From Candidatus Poseidoniales archaeon (GTDB lineage: Archaea; Thermoplasmatota; Poseidoniia; Poseidoniales; Poseidoniaceae): DNA of 64,000 bases. The DNA lies in NCBI GenBank assembly GCA_019651595.1, contig BOYQ01000004.1, positions 40,534 to 104,533 of the forward strand, given 5' to 3'. Made by a program: the position numbers and the translations under genes. A model generated the notes under the pieces. The model saw only the letters and a list, made by a program, of their open reading frames with translations, ran no database searches and was not told the DNA's origin. The first letter of the stretch is position 1; each line of letters starts with the position of its first letter. Shown here in pieces: positions 27,815-37,797 of this stretch.

Positions 27815-30121
27815 ATGGGGCGTCAAGCATGGGCCATTGGGACCTTGTGTTTGCTGCTTTGCGTTGGCCTTTCCGGAATGGCTTCGGCCAACACCGACCT
27901 CAACTACGAACCCGGGTTCAAAGAGTGGAACATCATTCCGCACGAGCGACTGTTCGTCGAGGGCAGCGATGTTGAAGAGGCCGTGCTCCAGCGAGAGCAA
28001 ACCGACTCCGCCGTAGGTGGATTCACGGTGGGCCCCACCAACGGGCCCGTGCCCGTCTTTACCTTGCAGAGCCCCCCGGTGGAGCAACCCGTTGAGGCTC
28101 AGGTGTTCATGAGCGTCTATTTCTCGGCCATCATCGAAGGCGGCGGCGGACCGCAAACCTGCACCCGTCAGACGTTCGCCGATTCCAGCACCACGCTCAT
28201 TTACAGCGTGAGCGACGGCAGCGGAGAAATCTACTCGACAGCGGTCACGCAAACGCTTGACACCTCGGCAGAAGGCGACGCCATGAACTTCTCAGGCGAG
28301 ATGCAAAACGTCACCCTGACCTTGGACGTCGGTCAATCCATCACGCTCAGCTTGTCCGTCGAACACCGATGCCTTGGAACACAGGCCAGGGTCCAGTGGG
28401 GTGGGTTTGAACAGAACAGCGGTGGCGTCATCATCGAGGGCGTCCTCTACGAACCTGAGGCTCGTATCCATGTGGACGCTGCACGCCTCGCCCACGTCGA
28501 ACTTGAACACCGGTTGCCGTGGGGCATGGAGGACCTGCGAGACGAGAAGTGGGAAATTTGGGGCCCCCTGCTCCCCACCGACAAAACCATTCGCGACGGT
28601 GAATACCTCGTGGAGACCAGTGCCGGTCGCATCCGTATGACGAGGGACTTGGGCGGCAACAACACGGTCTACACGTGGTCGGGCGCCAAACCCCTTCCCG
28701 TGGGCGAGATGAACCTCCAGTTTTGCTTGAGGACGATCGCCGGGGACCTGAACAGCGACTGCCACGCCGAAGGCATCCTGCGCTTCGAAGTGTTCCCTGA
28801 GGACGACGGCTTTGCCAGTGCGGGCCTCTGGCTCACGTTGACCACCCTCACGGCGCTGCTGGGCTACGTTGTGAACGCCTTCCGTACCGGCCTGATGCTC
28901 CCCGCTCCCATCCTCGGTGCCTTGGTGGCGCTGGCGCTGCTCACCCTTCCGACGGTGTTTGACCAACCGAACCTTGGCGCCGATGCCATCATCCTCGACA
29001 ACACCAAAATCCTCGACGCCGATTTGACCAAACCGGACGGCTCGTCGGCCTCCATCAGCGAATTGCTTTCCGGCAACGAGGCCTTGGTCATCGGCCTTGT
29101 CCTCCCGGGCTCGGAACAAATTTTGACCCAGGCCAACGAATTCAATCGGTCCATCGACCAGTTGGGCGACCGCATCGAGGTGATTCACATCGTCACCGGT
29201 GATGAGGCGATGATGACGGACGTCACCTCCTTGGCCGCCGCCACCAACGCCACGTGGAACGTTTACCTCGACGAGAAAGGCATCTTTGCCAACAGCCTCC
29301 CCACCGGCGCATCGGACGCCGTCGTGGTGGTTGACCCGGGCATGCACGTGACCTTCTCGCAAGCCTCCTCGGCGGCGATGCTCGACATCGTGGAATCCGT
29401 GGACGCCATCAAGAGCGGCGGGCCCAACTCCTTCGGCTCGTACTTTGGATTGCTGCTCGGCCCGGGGTTGTTCCTGTTCTTGCTGGCCCTTCCACGAAAC
29501 GAGTGGACAGCGCCCGAAGAACCGCTCCCTCCCGGTTTGCTGTGGGGCTCCATCGTGGTGGCCGGTGCCACCGGTATCCTGCTGGTGAACCTCCCAGCCC
29601 TCCTGCTCACCCTTCTGCCGGTCGGCATGACCGTACGGTTCCTGCTCGACATTGCCATGATGGTGTGGATGCTCGAAATGTGCTTCTTCACCGCCCGTCG
29701 CGGCGCACCCTACGAAGCCGACTTTTTGGGTCGCCTGCTGCACCTGTCGTTCCCCAAGGCCTTCCGAGAATGGCGCGATCCGATTGACATGGACCGGGAC
29801 GTCCTCCTCGGCATTTGGATGGGATGGTTCGGCTGGCTGGCCTTCCCCAACCTGTTCACCCAAGCGGTCGGCTCCTCGGTGTTGGCCGGCGGCAGCGGCA
29901 TCACCATGGCCCTGTTGTTCCTGTTCCTTTTCTTGTTCAGCGGTGGTCTCGTGGTGCTGTTGCTTCGCATTGTTTCCTCGTGGGGCGGGCCGTTCTCTCG
30001 CCTGTTCGGCAAGTTCGGCGGTGAGGTTTTCGCCCAATTCGTCGGGTGGATCTTGACGCCCATGGCCCTCTGGATGGCCGTCAACGCCACGCTCAACGTC
30101 TTCGATCTCGGTGTGCTCTGA
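27815..30121 (+). CDS. Large membrane protein: signal peptide, extracellular domain, then a multi-TM C-terminal half; unknown function
   Basis: 768-aa intact ORF. MGRQAWAIGTLCLLLCVGLSGMASA. At least 8 hydrophobic helices after residue ~330. No family recognised. Confidence 0.65.
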   Translation: MGRQAWAIGTLCLLLCVGLSGMASANTDLNYEPGFKEWNIIPHERLFVEGSDVEEAVLQREQTDSAVGGFTVGPTNGPVPVFTLQSPPVEQPVEAQVFMSVYFSAIIEGGGGPQTCTRQTFADSSTTLIYSVSDGSGEIYSTAVTQTLDTSAEGDAMNFSGEMQNVTLTLDVGQSITLSLSVEHRCLGTQARVQWGGFEQNSGGVIIEGVLYEPEARIHVDAARLAHVELEHRLPWGMEDLRDEKWEIWGPLLPTDKTIRDGEYLVETSAGRIRMTRDLGGNNTVYTWSGAKPLPVGEMNLQFCLRTIAGDLNSDCHAEGILRFEVFPEDDGFASAGLWLTLTTLTALLGYVVNAFRTGLMLPAPILGALVALALLTLPTVFDQPNLGADAIILDNTKILDADLTKPDGSSASISELLSGNEALVIGLVLPGSEQILTQANEFNRSIDQLGDRIEVIHIVTGDEAMMTDVTSLAAATNATWNVYLDEKGIFANSLPTGASDAVVVVDPGMHVTFSQASSAAMLDIVESVDAIKSGGPNSFGSYFGLLLGPGLFLFLLALPRNEWTAPEEPLPPGLLWGSIVVAGATGILLVNLPALLLTLLPVGMTVRFLLDIAMMVWMLEMCFFTARRGAPYEADFLGRLLHLSFPKAFREWRDPIDMDRDVLLGIWMGWFGWLAFPNLFTQAVGSSVLAGGSGITMALLFLFLFLFSGGLVVLLLRIVSSWGGPFSRLFGKFGGEVFAQFVGWILTPMALWMAVNATLNVFDLGVL

Positions 30122-30148
30122 CCACGAGCATGATGTACGTTGACCACG

Positions 30149-31096
30149 ATGGTCGGTGGCATGAACACCCGCTCGCCTCACTGGAGTCAAACCAGTTCCC
30201 GCCTGATGAGCGCCTGCCCCCGAGCGTGGGCGTTGACCTACGGGAGCCGCCAAGAGACCCCTCTTTCTCGCAAAGATCGAACGGCTCGAGGCTCGCAGCC
30301 TCCTCGGACCGTGGACGAGGTGATGGTGCGAGCCATGAGAGCGGCATGGCAGCAAAAAATTGCGGACCTCTACGACCGGAAAGTGTGGACGACAGCGTAT
30401 GCAAAGCGGACGCTAAGCCGCCTTGTGTGCGACATGCTGGAAGAGCAACGGTTGACGCTACCTGACCTCCTTCGCGAACAGAAAATTGCCCTGGCCGTGC
30501 GGCAACTCAACCAGCTTGAGCACGTCCATGCACTCCGCCCCTTGTTCAACGGCGAGCCACGACGCTGGGCATTTTTTGACCGACGAGACCCGGTTTCTCT
30601 CAATGGCTTGGACCTTTACGCCGCTCCGGATTTGGCGGTCTTTCATCAAAACCGGTGGACGTTGATTCGACTTCAATTTCGAACGCCTCATGCCAACCCG
30701 GTGGGTCAGCAACTGGAGCACCTGCTCGCCGTCCTTTGGGCGCTTCAGCAGACCGGCTTTCCCGACAATGCCGGGTCGTTTCGAATGAAGGTGGTGGCAT
30801 GGAGAGGTTCCCGATGGCACGAGCACCACCTCGAAGTCGCCCCCCAATCGCTTCACCAGGCACGATTGTTGGCGCTTCATGACATCCAAGAGATGAAGTG
30901 GTTAACGCGGTGGGCCAACGCAGACCCTTCCCTAAGCACGCTTCCACTGGCCGCTCATCATCGGACCTGCGAACGTTGCGTACATCGGAAGGGTTGCCCG
31001 GCGGAAACGGGATTGGCCAAGGCCAAGCGGATTCAGGAACATCTGACGCGGCACGAGCCTCACAAAGCACCGACCAAATCGGCCAGAACCGAGTGA
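30149..31096 (+). CDS. PD-(D/E)XK (Cas4/RecB-like) nuclease with Fe-S cysteines, stand-alone
   Basis: N-terminus SPHWSQTSSRLMSACPRAWALTY (S.S...CP..W). Core LYAAPDLAVFHQNRWTLIRLQF. C-terminus HHRTCERCVHRKGCP (CxxCx5C). ATG at 30149; the track start is TTG. Confidence 0.6.
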   Translation: MVGGMNTRSPHWSQTSSRLMSACPRAWALTYGSRQETPLSRKDRTARGSQPPRTVDEVMVRAMRAAWQQKIADLYDRKVWTTAYAKRTLSRLVCDMLEEQRLTLPDLLREQKIALAVRQLNQLEHVHALRPLFNGEPRRWAFFDRRDPVSLNGLDLYAAPDLAVFHQNRWTLIRLQFRTPHANPVGQQLEHLLAVLWALQQTGFPDNAGSFRMKVVAWRGSRWHEHHLEVAPQSLHQARLLALHDIQEMKWLTRWANADPSLSTLPLAAHHRTCERCVHRKGCPAETGLAKAKRIQEHLTRHEPHKAPTKSARTE

Positions 31097-31725
31097 ACGT
31101 CGCTGGCCTTGGTGACGCCGCTGGCCAGCAGGACGCCTTCAGCACCCAACTCAAGGGCCTTGGCGACGTCCTGGCCGTTCTTCACGCCGGCACCGCAAAG
31201 GACGCGCACGTTCGGGTTGACGGCTTTGACCGCCGCCACGGTGTCGCTCACAATGGCGGGGTCAGCGGTGGTGACGGAGATGTCGCCGCCGATGAGTTCG
31301 GGAGGTTCCACGGCGATGTACGTGGGATTCAATTCGGCCAGAGCCTTGGCCTCGTCGACATCGGCGGCACAAGCACAGACGGGGAAGCCCTCTGGGAGCA
31401 TTTCGAGCAAGGAACGCACGTGGTCCAACTCGACCTTGTGTTCGGCGTGGTTGATGATGGAGCCCTTGGCACCACGGTGGAGCGCCGTTTGCGGTTCCAA
31501 CCATCCGGTGAACCCGCCCAGTCCAACCGGGTCGAGATGCTGAGACCAAACCTCCACGTTGGTGGCTCGCCCGGCCAGGGTGGCCAAGTCGAAGGCGGAG
31601 GCGACGGCGACCAGGGTGGCGGGGCCGTCAGCGTGCGCTTCCATGGCAGCGAGCAGCGTTTCTGCAGCCTCACCGGAGGCAGATGCGTAGGTCTTGAAGT
31701 TGACAACGATCATCGGTTGGTCCAT
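31060..31725 (-). CDS. tpiA: Triosephosphate isomerase (archaeal type)
   Basis: MDQPMIVVNFKTYASASG...GSIINHAEHK...IAVEPPELIGG...VLCGAGVKNGQDVAKALELGAEGVLLASGV. The start at 31725 avoids overlap with the corrected end of the upstream gene. Confidence 0.9.
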   Translation of the reverse strand: MDQPMIVVNFKTYASASGEAAETLLAAMEAHADGPATLVAVASAFDLATLAGRATNVEVWSQHLDPVGLGGFTGWLEPQTALHRGAKGSIINHAEHKVELDHVRSLLEMLPEGFPVCACAADVDEAKALAELNPTYIAVEPPELIGGDISVTTADPAIVSDTVAAVKAVNPNVRVLCGAGVKNGQDVAKALELGAEGVLLASGVTKASDVHSVLADLVGAL

Positions 31726-31760
31726 GAACGGAGCAGGCCGCCACTTGCATTTAGCAGGTT

Positions 31761-32778
31761 TCATCCCTGCATCGGCCAAGTGCCGCCTTTCTGAACCGTT
31801 TCGTCGGGCACCTCAGCACCGTGATCAATCACCACGCTGTCCAGATCGCACCCTCTGCCCACAACTGCGCCCTCGCCGACCAAGCACGAACGAAGACGGG
31901 CTTCGTCCCCGATGCTCGCTCCCTTGAGCAACGTGGACATGGACCACTTCCGACGCCCCGATGGAGCATCCGTTGGCCACCATGCTGTGCACCACGGCGG
32001 AGAGCGGCGTGGTGCCTTTCAACGCCGCCTCGGAAGCAAACCACGAGGGGTCCGAGCCGTGGAGAAATCCTGATGTGAATCGGCGGTGGTTAATGGAGGC
32101 CTTGACGGCGAGGTTCCAAGCCTCAGGCGTCCCGGCATCGATGAAATAACCCTCGAAGGGCACACCGCTCAACAAGCCCTCGGCAGCGAGTTTGGGGAAC
32201 ACATCACGCTCGATGGAGTGGCGTCCGTGCGGCATCCAGTCAAACACGTCGTCTTCGAAGATGTACGAGCCGGCGTTGATGAGGTTGGAGAAGACCTCCT
32301 CCGGCGCTGGCTTTTCTTTGAAGCGGGTGATGCCGTTGGTCTCGTCGAGGCCCACGATTCCAAAGCGAGTCGGGTCTTCAACTTCCCAAAGACCGAGCGT
32401 GCCCACGGAGCCTTTGGCCCAGTGCATGTCCAGCAGAGAAGTGGCGTCCAAGGACGAGATGATGTCGCCGTTGAAGCAAGCAAACGTACCGCTGACCACG
32501 TCGCGGCAATTCCCCAGGGCACCGCCCGTACCAAGCGGTTCATCCTCGGGTACGATACGGACGTCAAAGGGGACGTCTGCGGTGTCAAAATACGCCTTGA
32601 TCTGATCGACCCTGTACCCACCGGCAACCACCACCTCATCCACCATGTCGGTGGGGAGGGAGCTGACCACGTGCTCGAGAAGCGTCCTGTCCAAGACGGG
32701 CAACAGCGGTTTGGGGATGCTGTTGGTCCACGGTCGCAGCCGTGAGCCAACGCCACCGGCCAAAACCACGACCTGCAT
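31761..32778 (-). CDS. NDP-sugar pyrophosphorylase (nucleotidyltransferase plus left-handed beta-helix), frameshift near 31940
   Basis: MQVVVLAGGVGSRLRPWTNSIPKPLLPV. After ..GASEVVH the listed frame turns Arg/Gly-rich. The shifted frame gives STLLKGASIGDEARLRSCLVGEGAVVGRGCDLDSVVIDHGAEVPDE..MQG*, a hexapeptide-repeat pattern, with stop at 31761. Confidence 0.8.
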
Positions 32779-32846
32779 GCCAAGGCCTTCGGCGCCTATG
32801 TTATGAACACCGCGCCGAAACCCTCACGCTACTTGCCCCTCCAAAG

Positions 32847-32865
32847 TATTGAAAGACGGTCTTTC
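32847..32865 (+). promoter_or_regulatory. TATA-like TATTGAAAGA overlapping a perfect 15-bp palindrome GAAAGACGGTCTTTC upstream of sucC
   Basis: Read directly from sequence. The palindrome spans 32851-32865 and ends 24 nt upstream of ATG 32889. Confidence 0.35.
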
Positions 32866-32888
32866 AGTCCATGCATTTGGAGAGCAGC

Positions 32889-34096
32889 ATGAACATTCAC
32901 GAGTATCAAGGAAAAGCACTTCTCAAGCAGCACGGTGTGCCCGTGCTGGAAGGCGTTCACTGCACCACGGTCGACCAAGCGCTGGCCGCTTACGACCACT
33001 TGGGCTCCAAAGTCGTAGCCGTGAAGTCTCAAATTCACGCCGGTGGACGAGGCAAAGGCGACCTGTACCATCCGACCACCGGCGACCTCGTCATGGAGGG
33101 AGGTGTGAAAATCGCCTTTTCAAAAGACGACGTCCAAACCTACGCCGCCAACATCCTCGGAAACATTCTGGTGACCATCCAAACCGGTGAAGAAGGAAAG
33201 CTCGTTCGCAACCTCTACGTGGAAGCCGGTTGCGACATCGCCCACGAGTACTATCTTGCCATTCTCGTCGACCGAGAAAACAAATCCGTCCTCATCATGG
33301 CCTCCACCGAGGGTGGCATGGACATCGAACACGTGGCGGAAACCACCCCTGAGAAGATCCACAAAATTTCTGTTGACCCGAACGCCGGCCTGCTCGGCTA
33401 CCAAAAGCGAGACCTGGGCTTGGCACTCGGCCTCACCGGAGCCGCACACAAGGCCTTTGCCAGGGCGCTGACCTCCATGTACGGCATGTTCGTCTCCAGC
33501 GACTGTGCGATGTTGGAGATCAACCCGCTCGTTCGAACGGCTGACGACGGCATCGTGGCCCTCGACGCCAAGGTTTCCTTTGACGAGAACGCCGAATTCC
33601 GCCACAAGAACTGGGACGACCTGCGCGACCTTTCCGAAGAGGAAGACGTTGAGATTCGAGCCAAAGAAACCGGTCTCTCCTACGTCAAACTCGACGGCAA
33701 CATCGGCTGTTTGGTCAACGGCGCCGGCTTGGCCATGGCCACCATGGACGTCATCAAGCTCTACGGCGGTGAACCGGCGAATTTCCTTGACGTTGGCGGC
33801 GGTGCCAACGAGGAACAAGTCAAGACCGCCTTTTCCATCATTCTCGAGGACCCCAACGTGAAAGGCATCCTCGTCAACATCTTCGGCGGAATCATGCGCT
33901 GCGACATCATCGCTCGTGGCGTGATTGCAGCGACCGAGGCCCTCTCGCTCGAGGTCCCGCTGGTGGTCCGGCTCGCAGGCACCAACGTCGATGAAGGGAA
34001 GGCCATCCTGGCTGAATCCACCCTGAACATTCACCCCGCCGACGACCTCGCTGAAGGGGCGCAAAAGATCGTGGAACTCATTGGAGGTGGAAACTG

Positions 34097-34097
<1 letters not shown>
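32889..34097 (+). CDS. sucC: Succinyl-CoA synthetase beta subunit
   Basis: [19 protein letters not shown]...INPL...[18 protein letters not shown]...[14 protein letters not shown]...[11 protein letters not shown]. Confidence 0.95.
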
Positions 34098-35020
<923 letters not shown>

Positions 35021-36250
35021 TCAGAGATAGACGTTTTTGAGATGCTGAACCGTTTGGTTGACCAAGCCGTTGGCTTTGGCAAAGGCCATCGCATCCTTGC
35101 CCTCTTTGCTGTGAACGTACAACGCCTCACCGGGACTCACAAGTTTGTTCCAGTGCTTTTGAAACCACGATGCGTGTGATTTCTTCCCGGCGAGGCAAGA
35201 CGGAACCCGATAGAACATGACCACCTCTTTTCGCTCCTTTCGGACGTACTTGGCAAGCACTTCAGGCAGCAGGCGAGAAAGGAAGGTCTCGTCGAAAAAA
35301 CGAGCGGCTCTGCTGATGACGTACCGGGCACCGTCAATGGGGCCGAAGACCTCGCTGATGGCCTCTGCAAACATGGCCGATTGTTCCTCCGTGCACTCTT
35401 CAAGGTAATACCTGAACCAGCCCCCTCCTCGTTCACCACCGCCCAGTTTAGCGTATTTTGGCAGCAGACCGACCTCCCACATGCCAAGGGCGACCGCTTC
35501 AATGATGGCACGGTTCAGCGATTCATCCGTCCACGGGTCAGCCAATTTTCCAAATCCAAACTGCTCCCCACCCACCGGTTGTGGGGCATGAACTCCAGAC
35601 TTTTCGGGAATCAGCAGAGAAGGGTGTGCCGATGGCCCATAACTCCCGTGAGGCCGTGCGGCGACGTGCTCGCTCAAGCATTTCTTGATTGATGACGCCC
35701 ATGCCTTCGTTGACGCTTCGGGTTTTAATTCGGTGAAGGCAGCGTGGACGTGGCCCACGCCTTTCTCTATAGAACCATCGTCGCAAACGCCATAGAGGTT
35801 CTTGTGCTTTCGCTCAAACCGCTCGTAATCGTCAAACCCTTTGATGAATTCTTCAGCGAGACAGACGATGTCCCAGTTGTTGGCCACCTTTTCAGGCCAC
35901 AATTTGTCCAGCCGCATGGACCGACCTCGAAGCTGATTGATGCTCATGCTCGTGGTCACCGTGGTCAGGTCAACCAGCACGTTGATCCGAGAGGCGTCCC
36001 AACCTTCACCCAACAAGCCCCGTGTACCGACAGGCATCGCGTCATGCCCTCTTGAAAAATTCAGTGACCATGGTGGAGTAGTACCGAGGCGCCCAATCCT
36101 TCCCCGAACCGTGAATGTGGTGAAAACGACCCATCGATTCATCGCGAATTCAATGGAGAGGTTTCGCTCGCTCACCCAGGTACGCGCTCGTTCAAGAAAT
36201 CGCGCAGAGAGGTCGTCATCGACGAGCAGGGTGCTGCCCGTCATGAGCAC
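35021..36250 (-). CDS. SF2 helicase, C-terminal fragment (RecA2 motif VI region plus ~300-aa uncharacterised domain)
   Basis: VGTRGLLGEGWDASRINVLVDLTTVTTSMSINQLRGRSMR (helicase C motifs). Joins ORF 36241..37788 as ..GDQLDP|VLMTGSTLLV if one G is restored in CC(G)GTG. About 3 further frame changes at 36040-36130 (GRFHHIHGSGKDWAPRYYSTMVTEFFKR lies in another frame). Confidence 0.65.
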   Translation of the reverse strand: MLMTGSTLLVDDDLSARFLERARTWVSERNLSIEFAMNRWVVFTTFTVRGRIGRLGTTPPWSLNFSRGHDAMPVGTRGLLGEGWDASRINVLVDLTTVTTSMSINQLRGRSMRLDKLWPEKVANNWDIVCLAEEFIKGFDDYERFERKHKNLYGVCDDGSIEKGVGHVHAAFTELKPEASTKAWASSIKKCLSEHVAARPHGSYGPSAHPSLLIPEKSGVHAPQPVGGEQFGFGKLADPWTDESLNRAIIEAVALGMWEVGLLPKYAKLGGGERGGGWFRYYLEECTEEQSAMFAEAISEVFGPIDGARYVISRAARFFDETFLSRLLPEVLAKYVRKERKEVVMFYRVPSCLAGKKSHASWFQKHWNKLVSPGEALYVHSKEGKDAMAFAKANGLVNQTVQHLKNVYL

Positions 36251-37788
36251 GGGTCGAGCTGGTCGCCCAACTCACACGCGACCAGCGCCTTGAACACACC
36301 GATTGCACCGCCGGCCTCGTCATCGTGGACTTCATCGACAACCGCCGTAGACGACGTCTTCTCAAAATCCGTCACGATGACACAGCGTATGCGCTCGCCA
36401 AGTTCTTCGTATTCCACCCGCAAAATGTCGGACAAGGCCTCGGTTTTTGCTTGTGCATATGCGAGGATTCGTCCAACCGGCGATGCGCAGGGTCGTGCAC
36501 CGCTGGAGGTGATTTGGTAGCCGAGTAGCTGGAACCGTCTGGAGACCTCATCGGCGAGTTCCTGGTCTTTTGGATGAGTGGAGCGTAGCAAACCAAAGCG
36601 GACATAGCGGTCCAGCAGCGGTCGAAGCAGAACAATCATCGGCGTGCTGTCGCGGAAATCCCCAAACCCAATCGCCGACATTGGGACACCTTTCGGAAGC
36701 GTGCGCTTCTTGACCGTGAGGTAGGCACGGGCCGCATCAGAAAACTTTGGCAACGTTTTGTGAAACTCGGCATAGGTGAGCCCCTCCCGCCCGGGTATTC
36801 GGCGATGTTCAAGGGTGTCAGCGAGCCAATCCGGGAAACACAACGCTCGGCCTTCCTCGACGAAGGGTTGAGAAATCTCATCAACCACTTCGAGAAAGGC
36901 CGTATCTGCTTCAGAAATGTAAGCGATTTCCTTGGGTGTCGGTCGAACGAAGTAAGCGAGGTCCTGATACGGAGCAAGGTTTGAGTCTCGAACGAGCGCA
37001 GGTGTTGGTACCTCGTAATCGATCTCTCCGAGGAGTTCTTTGTAGTGGACCACGCCTGCTTTTTCTTCGTCTGGAGGGGTGGCCGTCAGACCGAGGACAA
37101 TGGGATTTCCGAGTTCTTCACGGAGGGCCAAGAGAACTTCTCCCCAATGTTCGGTCAAGTGATGGCACTCATCGAGAATGATGAGCCCGATGTTGGCGGC
37201 CTTCAACGCATCAATGGAGGCTTTTGCTCCCTCGTTGAGCCACGCCAGGGCACCGTCTTCACCCACTTTCTGACGTCGAACTTTTTTCCGATGTTTCTTC
37301 ATTTCCTTCTCGAAATAATCGGGATTTTTGACGCGGAGGTCCTCAAGCCACGCCAAACCGGATGCCTCGTCGATGGCTTCACCGTCTTCTATCAATTTTG
37401 ACAACCACAGTTGGAGACCAGCCCTCTCGAGATCGTCGCCCTTGCTGCGGACCATCGTCAGCGATTGGTACGTCAACGAGGTGAGGAGACCTGGGCGCCT
37501 CGGGTCCAGGCTCAACCCGTCTTCGTTGCCGTCCAAGTCAAACAACGAAGTTCTTGCGAGCCATTGAGCCTGAATGGCAGAGTTGGGAGACAGAACGAGG
37601 GCCGGTTGGCGAACCATGTCCGCCCAGACGTAAAGCCCGAGGATAGTTTTCCCCGAGCCCGGTGGGGCGACGATGTAAAGTTGGTTTGCACCCGCTGAAA
37701 GTTGCGGTTCGATCACCGATTTAGCGGCTGATTGAGACGGACGTAATGTTCCAGAGAAACCAATGTTGCCGAAGTCAACGGAGCCCAT
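36241..37788 (-). CDS. SF2 (DECH-box) helicase, N-terminal fragment
   Basis: Walker A IVAPPGSGKTILG. Motif II LIILDECHHL. Motif III LGLTATPP. Confidence 0.8.
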   Translation of the reverse strand: MGSVDFGNIGFSGTLRPSQSAAKSVIEPQLSAGANQLYIVAPPGSGKTILGLYVWADMVRQPALVLSPNSAIQAQWLARTSLFDLDGNEDGLSLDPRRPGLLTSLTYQSLTMVRSKGDDLERAGLQLWLSKLIEDGEAIDEASGLAWLEDLRVKNPDYFEKEMKKHRKKVRRQKVGEDGALAWLNEGAKASIDALKAANIGLIILDECHHLTEHWGEVLLALREELGNPIVLGLTATPPDEEKAGVVHYKELLGEIDYEVPTPALVRDSNLAPYQDLAYFVRPTPKEIAYISEADTAFLEVVDEISQPFVEEGRALCFPDWLADTLEHRRIPGREGLTYAEFHKTLPKFSDAARAYLTVKKRTLPKGVPMSAIGFGDFRDSTPMIVLLRPLLDRYVRFGLLRSTHPKDQELADEVSRRFQLLGYQITSSGARPCASPVGRILAYAQAKTEALSDILRVEYEELGERIRCVIVTDFEKTSSTAVVDEVHDDEAGGAIGVFKALVACELGDQLDPCS

Positions 37789-37797
37789 GGTGGCACC

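Noticed and set aside
28292-30355. 687-aa minus-strand ORF
   Set aside because: Antisense to the intact 768-aa membrane protein gene (27815..30121). Its composition is dominated by R/G/H/Q/E runs (HHETTAEQEKEQEQQGHGDAAAAGQHRG) with no domain signature.
30149-31096. Cas4-like genes as evidence for a CRISPR-Cas locus
   Set aside because: No repeat-spacer array and no cas1, cas2 or effector genes occur anywhere in the 64 kb. Cas4-like PD-(D/E)XK nucleases occur widely outside CRISPR systems.
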